Below, one piece after another: positions 45,852 through 54,086 of a DNA stretch of 64,000 bases; the first letter of the stretch is position 1; each line of letters starts with the position of its first letter. The stretch is taken from positions 1,964,311-2,028,310 of the forward strand of contig NZ_JAJSED010000001.1 in NCBI RefSeq assembly GCF_023555385.1, read 5' to 3'. The position numbers and the translations under genes are program-made. Source of the stretch: Guyparkeria hydrothermalis (GTDB taxonomy: Bacteria; Pseudomonadota; Gammaproteobacteria; Halothiobacillales; Halothiobacillaceae). A model generated the notes under the pieces. That model made no database searches. It was not told the DNA's origin and saw only the letters and a list, made by a program, of their open reading frames with translations.

Positions 45852-46419
45852 GCGCCGATCCCCGGTCCAGTCGGGCATTGTCGGCGTGGTGCTTGCCGCG
45901 GGGCGGGCCCAGCGATTCGGCGCGGACAAGCGCTGGGCGACCTGCCGCGGCGAGCCGTTGCTCGCCCATGCACTGACGATCGCCCGGGCGGTCTGCGACC
46001 GGGTGCTGGTGGTGGTCGACGCACCCGATGCCCGTCTGGATGCCTTGCTCGGCCGGCTGCCCGCCGAGGTGGTGGTCTGCCCCGAGGCCGGCGAGGGGTT
46101 GGCGGCCAGCCGCCGCTGCGCGCTGGCCCGGCTCGAGCGGGACCGGACGGTGGAGGGCGCCCTGATTTTTCTTGGCGACATGCCCGATGTCCGCTCGGTC
46201 GACGCCCTGCGGCTGATCCGCGCGATGCGCGTTGCCGGTCGGCCGGTGCGTCCCGTCCACGACGACCGCCCGGGGCACCCGGTCGCCTGCCCGGCCGCCT
46301 GGATCAGCCACCTCGCCGCCCGCGGGTTTCCGGCCCGCGAGGGCAAGTCGTTGCGCTGTGTTCACCCGGGCGTGGTGACCGACGTGGACCGTCCCGGCGA
46401 TCTCCACATCCACGACTGA
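45841..46419 (+). CDS. MobA-like NTP transferase, probable molybdenum cofactor cytidylyltransferase (MocA-like)
   Basis: GVVLAAGRAQRFG nucleotide-binding motif; start ATG 45841 overlapping xdhC end. Confidence 0.65.
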   Translation: MPTERRSPVQSGIVGVVLAAGRAQRFGADKRWATCRGEPLLAHALTIARAVCDRVLVVVDAPDARLDALLGRLPAEVVVCPEAGEGLAASRRCALARLERDRTVEGALIFLGDMPDVRSVDALRLIRAMRVAGRPVRPVHDDRPGHPVACPAAWISHLAARGFPAREGKSLRCVHPGVVTDVDRPGDLHIHD

Positions 46420-46531
46420 CACGTTCCGCGCGCGACGTCGTGCATCAGCCTGTGCTAACTTTTGAAATGACGTCGGGGCGCTCGTGCCGCGCCCGCGGAC
46501 ATCTCATCGCGATTGCACCAAAGGACCCCGG

Positions 46532-48034
46532 ATGAACGAGCGTCCGCCAACGAGTCGTGCCACCGAGCCGCTGCACGCCTCGCACCATTGCTTCGCCTCA
46601 CCCCGTTTCGCCGACGAATCGGCGGTGCTGGCCGATGCCTACCGGCTGCTCGACGACGCGGTGATCCGCTATCAGGGTCAGCCGGTCGGCACCATGGCAA
46701 GCCTCGACCCGCGTGCGCCTGCCGACAACTACCGCGACTGCTTCGTTCGCGATTTCGTGTCGGCCGCCTTCCTGATGCTGCTCGAGGGGCGCTCGGATGT
46801 GGTGCGGGAATTCCTCGCGATGATCCTCAGAATGCGGGGTCAGCAGGAAGAGCTCGAAGGTCAGCAGATCGCGCCGGGCGTGCTGCCGGCCTCCTTCCGC
46901 GTGATCACCCTCGACGACGGCAGCGAACAGCTCTCCGCCGATTTCGGCGATCGCGCCATCGGCCGGGTCGCGCCGGTCGATTCGATGATGTGGTGGACGG
47001 TGCTGCTGCGCGCCTACGTGCGCTATACCGGCGATACCGCCTTCGCTCACACACCCGAGGTGCAGCGCGGGCTGCGCATGATCCTCAGCCTGTGCCTGCA
47101 GAGCCGCTTCGAGGTGTTCCCGACGCTGCTGGTGCCCGACGGCTCGTTCATGATCGACCGGCGCATGGGTGTCAACGGTCACCCGCTGGAGATCCAGGCG
47201 CTGTTCGACATGACGTTGCGCGCCGCCGACCTGCTGACCATCGACGAGGGCAGCCACTGGCTGATCGACCTGGCGGCCCGTCGCCGGCAGGTGCTGCGCA
47301 AATACGTGCGTCGCTACTACTGGCTGGATCTCGACGTGCTCAACGAGGTGCACCGCTTCTCGACCGAGAAGTTCGGTCACGACGTCGACAACGTCTTCAA
47401 TATCTATCCCGAGTCGATCCCCGAGTGGGTGCCCGACTGGCTGCCCGACGACGGTGGCTATTTCGTCGGCAACCTCGGCCCGGGCCGGATCGATTTCCGT
47501 TTCTTCTCGCAGGGGAACTACCTCGCCACGCTGGCGGGGCTGGCCACGCCCGAGCAGGGCAGCCTGCTGATGCACACCCTGGGTGAGCGCTGGGATGACC
47601 TGATCGGGCAGATGCCGGCCAAGCTGGTCTACCCGCCGGTCCGCGGCGCCGAATGGCGGCTGATGACCGGCTCGGATCCCAAGAACGTGCCCTGGTCCTA
47701 TCACAACGGCGGCAACTGGCCGGTGCTGATCTGGCCATTGGTGGCCGCCTCGATCGTCTCCGGGCGCCAGGACCTGGGCGAACGGGCCTTCCGGGTCGCC
47801 GAACGTCGGGTGATGGAGGACAACTGGCCGGAATACTACGATGGTCGTCACGGGCGGCTGATCGGCCGGCGAGCGAATCTTCACCAGGTGTGGAGCGCGA
47901 CCGGCATGCTGCTGGCTCGTCATTTCCTCGAGAACCCCGGTCGGCTCGCCGAACTCGCGTTGATGGAGGACGACGGCAACGCGTCGCGCAACGGAGGCGA
48001 TGAACCGGATATCGACGATCAGGGAGATGATTGA
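46532..48034 (+). CDS. GH100 alkaline/neutral invertase
   Basis: Strong similarity by eye to plant/cyanobacterial neutral invertases (DCFVRDFV, MIDRRMGVNGHPLEIQALF, YHNGGNWP motifs). Confidence 0.8.
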   Translation: MNERPPTSRATEPLHASHHCFASPRFADESAVLADAYRLLDDAVIRYQGQPVGTMASLDPRAPADNYRDCFVRDFVSAAFLMLLEGRSDVVREFLAMILRMRGQQEELEGQQIAPGVLPASFRVITLDDGSEQLSADFGDRAIGRVAPVDSMMWWTVLLRAYVRYTGDTAFAHTPEVQRGLRMILSLCLQSRFEVFPTLLVPDGSFMIDRRMGVNGHPLEIQALFDMTLRAADLLTIDEGSHWLIDLAARRRQVLRKYVRRYYWLDLDVLNEVHRFSTEKFGHDVDNVFNIYPESIPEWVPDWLPDDGGYFVGNLGPGRIDFRFFSQGNYLATLAGLATPEQGSLLMHTLGERWDDLIGQMPAKLVYPPVRGAEWRLMTGSDPKNVPWSYHNGGNWPVLIWPLVAASIVSGRQDLGERAFRVAERRVMEDNWPEYYDGRHGRLIGRRANLHQVWSATGMLLARHFLENPGRLAELALMEDDGNASRNGGDEPDIDDQGDD

Positions 48035-50213
48035 CGCAATGGCAAGCACGGCAGGGAAAAACGGACTCTATATCTGCCTGGTCAGCGTTCACGGGTTGAT
48101 CCGTGGCGAGAACCTCGAGCTGGGGCGGGATGCCGATACCGGCGGGCAGACCCTGTATGTGGTCGAGCTGGCCCGGGCGCTGGCCCGGCGGCCGGAGGTC
48201 GAGCGCGTTGACCTGTTCACTCGGCGGGTGATCGATCCGCGCATCGACGACGACTACGCCCAGCCGGAAGAGGAGCTGGGCGACAACGCCCACATCATCC
48301 GCATCGATGCCGGTCCGGACGAGTACCTGCCCAAGGAACGTCTCTGGGACTACCTCAACTGCTTCGTCGACGGCGCACTTGCCCACATCGACTCGGTGGG
48401 GCGCACGCCCACGCTGGTGCACAGCCATTACGCCGATGCGGGCTACGTCGGCGTGCGCCTGGCCAGCAATCTCGGTGTGCCGCTGGTGCACACCGGCCAC
48501 TCGCTCGGCCGGGTCAAGCGGCGCCGGCTGCTCGCCCGCGGCGAGAGCAGCGCGACCATCGAGAACACCTACGCGATGTCCACGCGCGTGCGTGCCGAGG
48601 AGGAGGTCCTGCTCGCCGCCGACATGGTGGTGGTAAGCACCGGCCAGGAGATCGAGGAGCAGTACGGTCTCTACGACTGGGCCGACGAGGACAAGATGAC
48701 GGTAATCCCGCCGGGGGTGAACCTCGAGCGGTTCAACCCGCCGCCGGCGACGTTCGATCCACCGATGCGCGCCGAGCTCAAGCGCTTCCTGAAAGAGCCC
48801 GAACGCCCGCTGGTGCTTGCCCTGTCGCGTCCCGACGAGCGCAAGAACATCGCCACCTTGATCGAGGCCTTTGGAGGCCACCCGCAACTGCGCGAGCAGG
48901 CGAACCTCGTGATCATCGCCGGCAATCGCGACGACATCCGCGACATGGATGCCGGGCCGCGCAAGGTGCTCACCGACCTGCTGCTCCTGATCGACTACTA
49001 CGACCTCTATGGTGTGGCCGCCTATCCCAGGCACCACGTCTCCGACGACGTGCCCGACCTTTACCGGCTGGTCACCCGTAGCGGTGGCGTGTTCATCAAC
49101 CCGGCGCTGACCGAGCCGTTTGGCCTGACGCTGATCGAGGCGGCCGCCACCGGCGCGCCGATCCTGGCCACGGAGGACGGTGGTCCCCGCGACATCATCG
49201 GTGCCTGTGAAAACGGCGAGCTGATCGATCCGCTCGACGCGGAGTCGATGGGGCAGAAGATTCACGCGTTGCTCGACGACCGTGATCGCTGGCGACGTTA
49301 TTCGGACAACGGTGTCCGTCGCGTTCGCGAGCACTACTCCTGGGATGCGCACGTCGAGAGCTATCTCGAGCGCATCGCCGGTATCGCCACGGGTGAACGG
49401 CACCCCGAGCGTCCCACCCTGCCGGATCACGTGCTCACCCAGGTGGATCGGGCGATCGTGGTCGAGCTGGCCACTCTCGGCGATTCGACCGATGCGGCGA
49501 CCCGGGCCCGGTTGGTGGAGACACTGCGCCAGCGTCGTCGCTGGGTTGGTTTCGGTGTCGTTTCCGACTGTCCCCGGCATGAGGTGCTCGCTCAGCTCAA
49601 GGAAATGGGCGTGCCGACACCGGATGTGCTGATCACCCGCGGCGGCACCCAGATCCACTACGGCCCGCGGCTGTCGCGGGACGAGGGATGGAGTCGGCAC
49701 ATCGGCTACGCCTGGCAGCCGGATCGTGTCTACAACCTGCTCACCCAGACGCCGGGGCTGGCACTGCGATCGCGGGCAGTGCAGGGCGTGCATGCCGTGC
49801 ACGCGTTCATCGAGGACGCCGACGCCTTCCCGGGAATCGAAGCCCTGGAGAACGAATTGCATGGGCTCGACATCCACGCGCACCTTGTGTCGCTGTCGCG
49901 CAACGAGGTACTCGCCATGCCGGTGCGGGCCTCCAAGGGGTTCGCGCTGCGCTATTTCGCCAGCCAGTGGGGCATCCCGCTCGATCGGCTGCTGGTGGTC
50001 GGCGGATGTGCAACCGACGAGGACATGTTGCGGGGCAATCCGTTGGGTGCGGTGGTCACCGCCGACGGCAAGAAAGAGCTGCCGGGTCTGACTGACCTCG
50101 ATCGGGTGATCTTTACCCGCAAACACGGGCCGGCAGGCGTGTTGGAGGCGATCGACTACTACGACTTCTTCGACGCATGTGCCCTGCCCGGCGACCGGGA
50201 GGGCGCGCGGTGA
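48000..50213 (+). CDS. sucrose-phosphate synthase (GT4 domain) with C-terminal SPP-like domain
   Basis: GT-B glycosyltransferase region (HSHYADAGYVG, ...EPFGLTLIEAAATGAPILAT) plus about 250-aa HAD-like C-terminal extension lacking a clear DxDxT. Confidence 0.85.
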   Translation: MNRISTIREMIDAMASTAGKNGLYICLVSVHGLIRGENLELGRDADTGGQTLYVVELARALARRPEVERVDLFTRRVIDPRIDDDYAQPEEELGDNAHIIRIDAGPDEYLPKERLWDYLNCFVDGALAHIDSVGRTPTLVHSHYADAGYVGVRLASNLGVPLVHTGHSLGRVKRRRLLARGESSATIENTYAMSTRVRAEEEVLLAADMVVVSTGQEIEEQYGLYDWADEDKMTVIPPGVNLERFNPPPATFDPPMRAELKRFLKEPERPLVLALSRPDERKNIATLIEAFGGHPQLREQANLVIIAGNRDDIRDMDAGPRKVLTDLLLLIDYYDLYGVAAYPRHHVSDDVPDLYRLVTRSGGVFINPALTEPFGLTLIEAAATGAPILATEDGGPRDIIGACENGELIDPLDAESMGQKIHALLDDRDRWRRYSDNGVRRVREHYSWDAHVESYLERIAGIATGERHPERPTLPDHVLTQVDRAIVVELATLGDSTDAATRARLVETLRQRRRWVGFGVVSDCPRHEVLAQLKEMGVPTPDVLITRGGTQIHYGPRLSRDEGWSRHIGYAWQPDRVYNLLTQTPGLALRSRAVQGVHAVHAFIEDADAFPGIEALENELHGLDIHAHLVSLSRNEVLAMPVRASKGFALRYFASQWGIPLDRLLVVGGCATDEDMLRGNPLGAVVTADGKKELPGLTDLDRVIFTRKHGPAGVLEAIDYYDFFDACALPGDREGAR

Positions 50214-51106
50214 GCGAGATGGCCCCCGTCTTGTTGTGCTGCGACCTGGATCGCACCCTGATTCCCAACGGCCGTCAGGAGGAATCCCCGGATGCCCGGC
50301 CCCGCCTGGCCCGCTTCTGCGCCCACCCGGCAGTCGAGCTCGTCTTCGTCTCGGGGCGCGATCTGCAGCTGGTGCTCGATGGCATCGACGAATGGTCGCT
50401 GCCGCAGCCGGACTACATCATCGGCGACGTGGGTACCACCATCTACGCGCCGCGATCGCAGACGGGCTCCGGCAACGGCGACTGGATCCACTGGCCGGCG
50501 TGGACCGACGAGATTGCCCCGTACTGGAACGGCCTGACCCACGACGACATCAGCGACATCTTCGACGACATCACCGCGATCCGCTCGCAGGAGCCGTCCA
50601 AGCAGGGCGCGTTCAAGGCGAGCTATTACGTCAACCGGGACGTGAACCAGGGCGTGCTCGATGCCGAGTTGCACGGCCGGCTGTGGCAAAACGGCATGGA
50701 TGCGCGGCTGGTGTGGTCGGTCGACGAGGCCGCCGATATGCTGCTGCTCGACGTGCTGCCGTCGGGTGCCAGCAAGCTGCACGCGATCGAATTCCTCATC
50801 CAGCGGCTGTCCTTCGACGAACGGCGCGCGCTGTTCGCCGGCGACTCCGGCAACGATCTTCATGCCCTCGGTAGCCACATCAACGGCGTGCTCGTCGCCA
50901 ACGCCGAGCCCGAGGTCAAGGAACGCGCCCGCGACCTGGTGCGTGCCGGGGCGCTGGAAGACACGCTCTACCTCGCGCAGGGCGGGTTGTTCGGCATGAA
51001 CGGCAACTACGCGGCGGGCGTGCTCGAGGGGCTGGTCCACTACCTGCCGGAAACCCGCGGCCTGATGAACCTGGCCGCCGAAGGCGAACGGGCCGACGGG
51101 GCATGA
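50210..51106 (+). CDS. HAD-IIB sucrose-phosphate phosphatase-like hydrolase
   Basis: DLDRTL (DxDxT) motif I near N-terminus, GDSGND motif IV; GTG 50210 gives GTGA overlap with SPS stop (ATG at 50219 alternative). Confidence 0.7.
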   Translation: MSEMAPVLLCCDLDRTLIPNGRQEESPDARPRLARFCAHPAVELVFVSGRDLQLVLDGIDEWSLPQPDYIIGDVGTTIYAPRSQTGSGNGDWIHWPAWTDEIAPYWNGLTHDDISDIFDDITAIRSQEPSKQGAFKASYYVNRDVNQGVLDAELHGRLWQNGMDARLVWSVDEAADMLLLDVLPSGASKLHAIEFLIQRLSFDERRALFAGDSGNDLHALGSHINGVLVANAEPEVKERARDLVRAGALEDTLYLAQGGLFGMNGNYAAGVLEGLVHYLPETRGLMNLAAEGERADGA

Positions 51107-51128
51107 GCCGCCGCGCGAGTCACCGCTG

Positions 51129-51935
51129 ATGCTCTGGCAGGCCCTGCGCCGGTTGTTCGGCCGGCGTCCGTCTCCATCCGTCGATATTCCGCGTGATGCC
51201 TGGTCGGCACTCTGTCGCGAGCAGCCCGAGCTGGTCGATCTGACCGCTGACGAGGTCGAGCGCCTGCGACAGCTTGCCGGTCGCTTTCTCGCCGGCCGGC
51301 CGTTCTATGCCGCCGGTGGCATGGAGTTGACCGACGCGGCACAACTGCGCATCGCCGCGCTGGCAGTGCTGCCGGTGCTCGCGCTCGGTCTCGATTGGCT
51401 CGAGGCGATCCGCTCGGTGGTCATCTATCCGGATGCCTTCGAGGTGGATCACGAGGAAATGGACGAGGCCGGGGTGGTGCACGAGGTGCGCGATCTGCGG
51501 GCCGGCGAGGCCTGGTCGCACGGTACCTTGGTGCTGTCCTGGGCGGACATCGAGGCCGGGCTCGACCCCGAGGTCGCCACCAGCGTGGTGGTGCATGAAA
51601 TCGCGCATTTCATCGACGGGGCCAACGGTGCGGAAAACGGCTTCCCGCCGCTGGGCAAGGGGCAGGATCGCCGTCGCTGGACCGCGGATTTCCAGTCGGC
51701 ATTCGAGCGGCTCAACGACGCTCTCGATGCCGACCGGGAGCCGCCGATCGATCCCTATGCGGCCACCAATCCGGCGGAGTTCTTCGCCGTGCTCAGCGAG
51801 TATTTCTTTCGTCTACCCGAGGAACTCGTGCATTTCGATGCGGGTCTCTATCGGCACCTGGCCACGTTCTACGGCCAGGATCCATTGCATCGTCGCGATG
51901 CGCCTGCTGCTGTCAAATCGGCTCTCGACGTCTAA
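51129..51935 (+). CDS. mtfA: MtfA-family (peptidase M90) Mlc titration factor-like zinc metallopeptidase
   Basis: HEIAHF zinc-binding motif, EFFAVLSEYFF C-terminal motif typical of MtfA. Confidence 0.7.
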   Translation: MLWQALRRLFGRRPSPSVDIPRDAWSALCREQPELVDLTADEVERLRQLAGRFLAGRPFYAAGGMELTDAAQLRIAALAVLPVLALGLDWLEAIRSVVIYPDAFEVDHEEMDEAGVVHEVRDLRAGEAWSHGTLVLSWADIEAGLDPEVATSVVVHEIAHFIDGANGAENGFPPLGKGQDRRRWTADFQSAFERLNDALDADREPPIDPYAATNPAEFFAVLSEYFFRLPEELVHFDAGLYRHLATFYGQDPLHRRDAPAAVKSALDV

Positions 51936-52006
51936 AGTCTTGCGCAGGCACCGGCGACCCGTCGGAAAGCGATTTCATTCACATTGTCGACAGAGGACTT
52001 CCATCC

Positions 52007-52504
52007 ATGAGTGCAGCCAAGGCGAAGAAGAACGACAAGACCCTCAAGAATCTGCAGCAGGCATTGTCGATGGAGCTCACCGCTACCCATCAGTACATGC
52101 TGCATGCGCACGTGCTCGAGGACTGGGGGCTGGATCGCCTGTCGAAGAAAATGCAGGGCGAGGTGCAGGAGGAGCTGGGCCACGCCAGCCAGTTCATCGA
52201 CCGTATCCTGTTCCTCGATGGTGACCCGGAGGTCACCGAGGCCAAGCCGGCTAAGCGTTCCAACTCGCTGAGCGACATGTTCAAAGCCGATCTGAAGGAA
52301 GAGCTCGCCTCGATCGACTTCTACGGCAAGGCCGCCATGCAGGCACGCGACGAGGGAGATGTCGGCACGGTCCACATCTTCGAGGAGATCCTCATGGACG
52401 AGGAAGGGCACGCCGACTGGCTCAAGCGCCAGCTGGAGCTGATCGAGCGCATGGGTGAGCCGAACTACATTCTCGCCTATCACTCGCCCGACACCGGCGA
52501 GTGA
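52007..52504 (+). CDS. bfr: bacterioferritin
   Basis: Ferritin-like diiron motifs (ELTATHQYMLHAH, EEEGHADW), haem-ligand Met near position 52, 164 aa. Confidence 0.9.
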   Translation: MSAAKAKKNDKTLKNLQQALSMELTATHQYMLHAHVLEDWGLDRLSKKMQGEVQEELGHASQFIDRILFLDGDPEVTEAKPAKRSNSLSDMFKADLKEELASIDFYGKAAMQARDEGDVGTVHIFEEILMDEEGHADWLKRQLELIERMGEPNYILAYHSPDTGE

Positions 52505-52537
52505 CGCGTCCCGGCCGCGACGGGCCGGCAGGCGCCA

Positions 52538-52569
52538 AAGGGCCGACCCCGACGGGTCGGCCTTTTTCG
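52538..52569. terminator. rho-independent terminator after bfr
   Basis: GGCCGACCC-cgac-GGGTCGGCC followed by T5. Confidence 0.75.
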
Positions 52570-52580
52570 TTGCACGAGGA

Positions 52581-53207
52581 TCAGCGGTCGAGAAGGAAGG
52601 CGGCCGCTGCCTCGGCGACCGGACGCGAGAGCAGCAGGCCGAAATGATTGGCGGGCAGGCAGCGATGCGCGGCCAGGCCGGGCACGCGGGTCTCGTCGAC
52701 CGCGACCGTGCCGTCGTTCGGCCCGACCAGCGCCCCCGGGACCAGTCGCCCCGGTCCGATCGGGCGGGTGCCGGCCAGCATCAGGGTGTTGGCCGCCTGC
52801 CAGGCCGGAGCCCTCCCGTCGAGACCGTCGATCAGGCTGCCCGCGAGCAGCCGTCGCGCCAAGCTCCAACTGGCCAGCCGTCGGGCCACCGCGCTGCCGG
52901 CCAGGGGGCTGCCAAGCAGCACGACATGCGTGTCGGGAAGAAGCAGGGCCGGGTGGCGGTCGAACAGATGGGCCAGGACGATCCCGCCAAGGCTGTGGGC
53001 CACCAGGTGGCGAGGCATGTGTGCTTGTCCGGTGAGCCAGTCGGCCAGCCGGTCGGCGCTTGCCGCCGGGGTGGCACGGGTTGAATAACCGAACCGGGCG
53101 GTCGCCAGACCGGCGTCGTTCAGGCGGTTTGCCAGCGGACGCAGGGCCCAGGGCCCCATCCACAGCCCGTGGATCAGGACCGCGGTCGGGCGCGGCGTGT
53201 CCGTCAC
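52581..53207 (-). CDS. alpha/beta hydrolase-fold protein
   Basis: HSLGG nucleophile elbow; 208 aa. Confidence 0.6.
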   Translation of the reverse strand: MTDTPRPTAVLIHGLWMGPWALRPLANRLNDAGLATARFGYSTRATPAASADRLADWLTGQAHMPRHLVAHSLGGIVLAHLFDRHPALLLPDTHVVLLGSPLAGSAVARRLASWSLARRLLAGSLIDGLDGRAPAWQAANTLMLAGTRPIGPGRLVPGALVGPNDGTVAVDETRVPGLAAHRCLPANHFGLLLSRPVAEAAAAFLLDR

Positions 53208-53214
53208 CGGCGGG

Positions 53215-53919
53215 TCAGGCGACGGTCGCGATCAACTGGCCAACCAGTGCGGTCGCGGCCATGGTCGCCGCACCCCAGAAAGCGGTGCGGAAACCGCCGA
53301 GGAACAACGAGGCGCCGCCGGTCCGGGCACTGAGCGCGCCGAGGGTCGCCAGGACCGCCAGCGTGACCGGCACGGTCACCAGCGACATGCTCGACGCGGG
53401 TGCCAGCAGCGTGGCGGCCAGCGGTGTGGCAGCGCCGATCGCGAAGGCCACCGCCAGCGGGATGGCGGCGAGGAACGGCCGGGTGGTCGTGATCCGGTAG
53501 AGCCCCATCTCTTCGCGGGCATGGGCGCCCAGCGCATCGTGGGCCATCATCTGGCGGGCGACGCGCTCGGCCGTCTCGGGGTCGCAGCCGCGATGGACGT
53601 AGATATCGCGCAGCTCGCGAAGCTCGTGCTCGAAGTTGATCTCGAGCTCACGCGCCTCCATCGTCAGGTCGGCCTGCTCGGTATCCTGGCGTAGCCGAAG
53701 CGCGACGTGCTGGCCTGCCGCCAAGGCGAGCGCACCTGCGACCAGGGCAATGCTCGCGGCGAGCAGGATGTCGGCCCGCGGGGAGCCGGCTGCCACCAGG
53801 CCGGCGATCAGGCTGGCGACCGCGACCAGCCCCGCGATGGCGCCCAGCAGGCTCGCCCGTAGGCTGCGGTAGCGGTTCAGCCGGTGATGTTCTCCATGAA
53901 GGTCGGGCCGTTGCGTCAT
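53215..53919 (-). CDS. VIT1/CCC1 family iron/manganese transporter
   Basis: 5 TM helices, conserved VIT-family acidic cytoplasmic loop (EARELEINFEHELRELRDIYV); start at ATG 53919. Confidence 0.7.
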   Translation of the reverse strand: MTQRPDLHGEHHRLNRYRSLRASLLGAIAGLVAVASLIAGLVAAGSPRADILLAASIALVAGALALAAGQHVALRLRQDTEQADLTMEARELEINFEHELRELRDIYVHRGCDPETAERVARQMMAHDALGAHAREEMGLYRITTTRPFLAAIPLAVAFAIGAATPLAATLLAPASSMSLVTVPVTLAVLATLGALSARTGGASLFLGGFRTAFWGAATMAATALVGQLIATVA

Positions 53920-54086
53920 GCTGGTCTCTCTGTGCCTGCCCGGCCGAACGGCCGGATGGTAATCTGGGCGCTCCGGGGCGCGCGGTGATCGCGTCAGTCG
54001 CCCATGATACTGCCACGGCGGTCGCGGCAACCCAACCGGAGCCTTGCGCCCGCTTTCGAGCATCGCGCAGGCGGAACATATCGAGC

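Noticed and set aside
46420-46531. AT-richer patch CTGTGCTAACTTTTGAAATGACG upstream of the invertase gene, considered as a sigma54 or regulator site
   Set aside because: No GG-N10-GC sigma54 spacing and no palindrome. Probably just the promoter -35/-10 region, which cannot be resolved by eye.
51936-52006. Possible Fur box upstream of bfr (GATTTCATTCACATTGTC)
   Set aside because: Only about half of the 19-bp Fur consensus GATAATGATAATCATTATC can be matched. Too weak to call without a PWM score.
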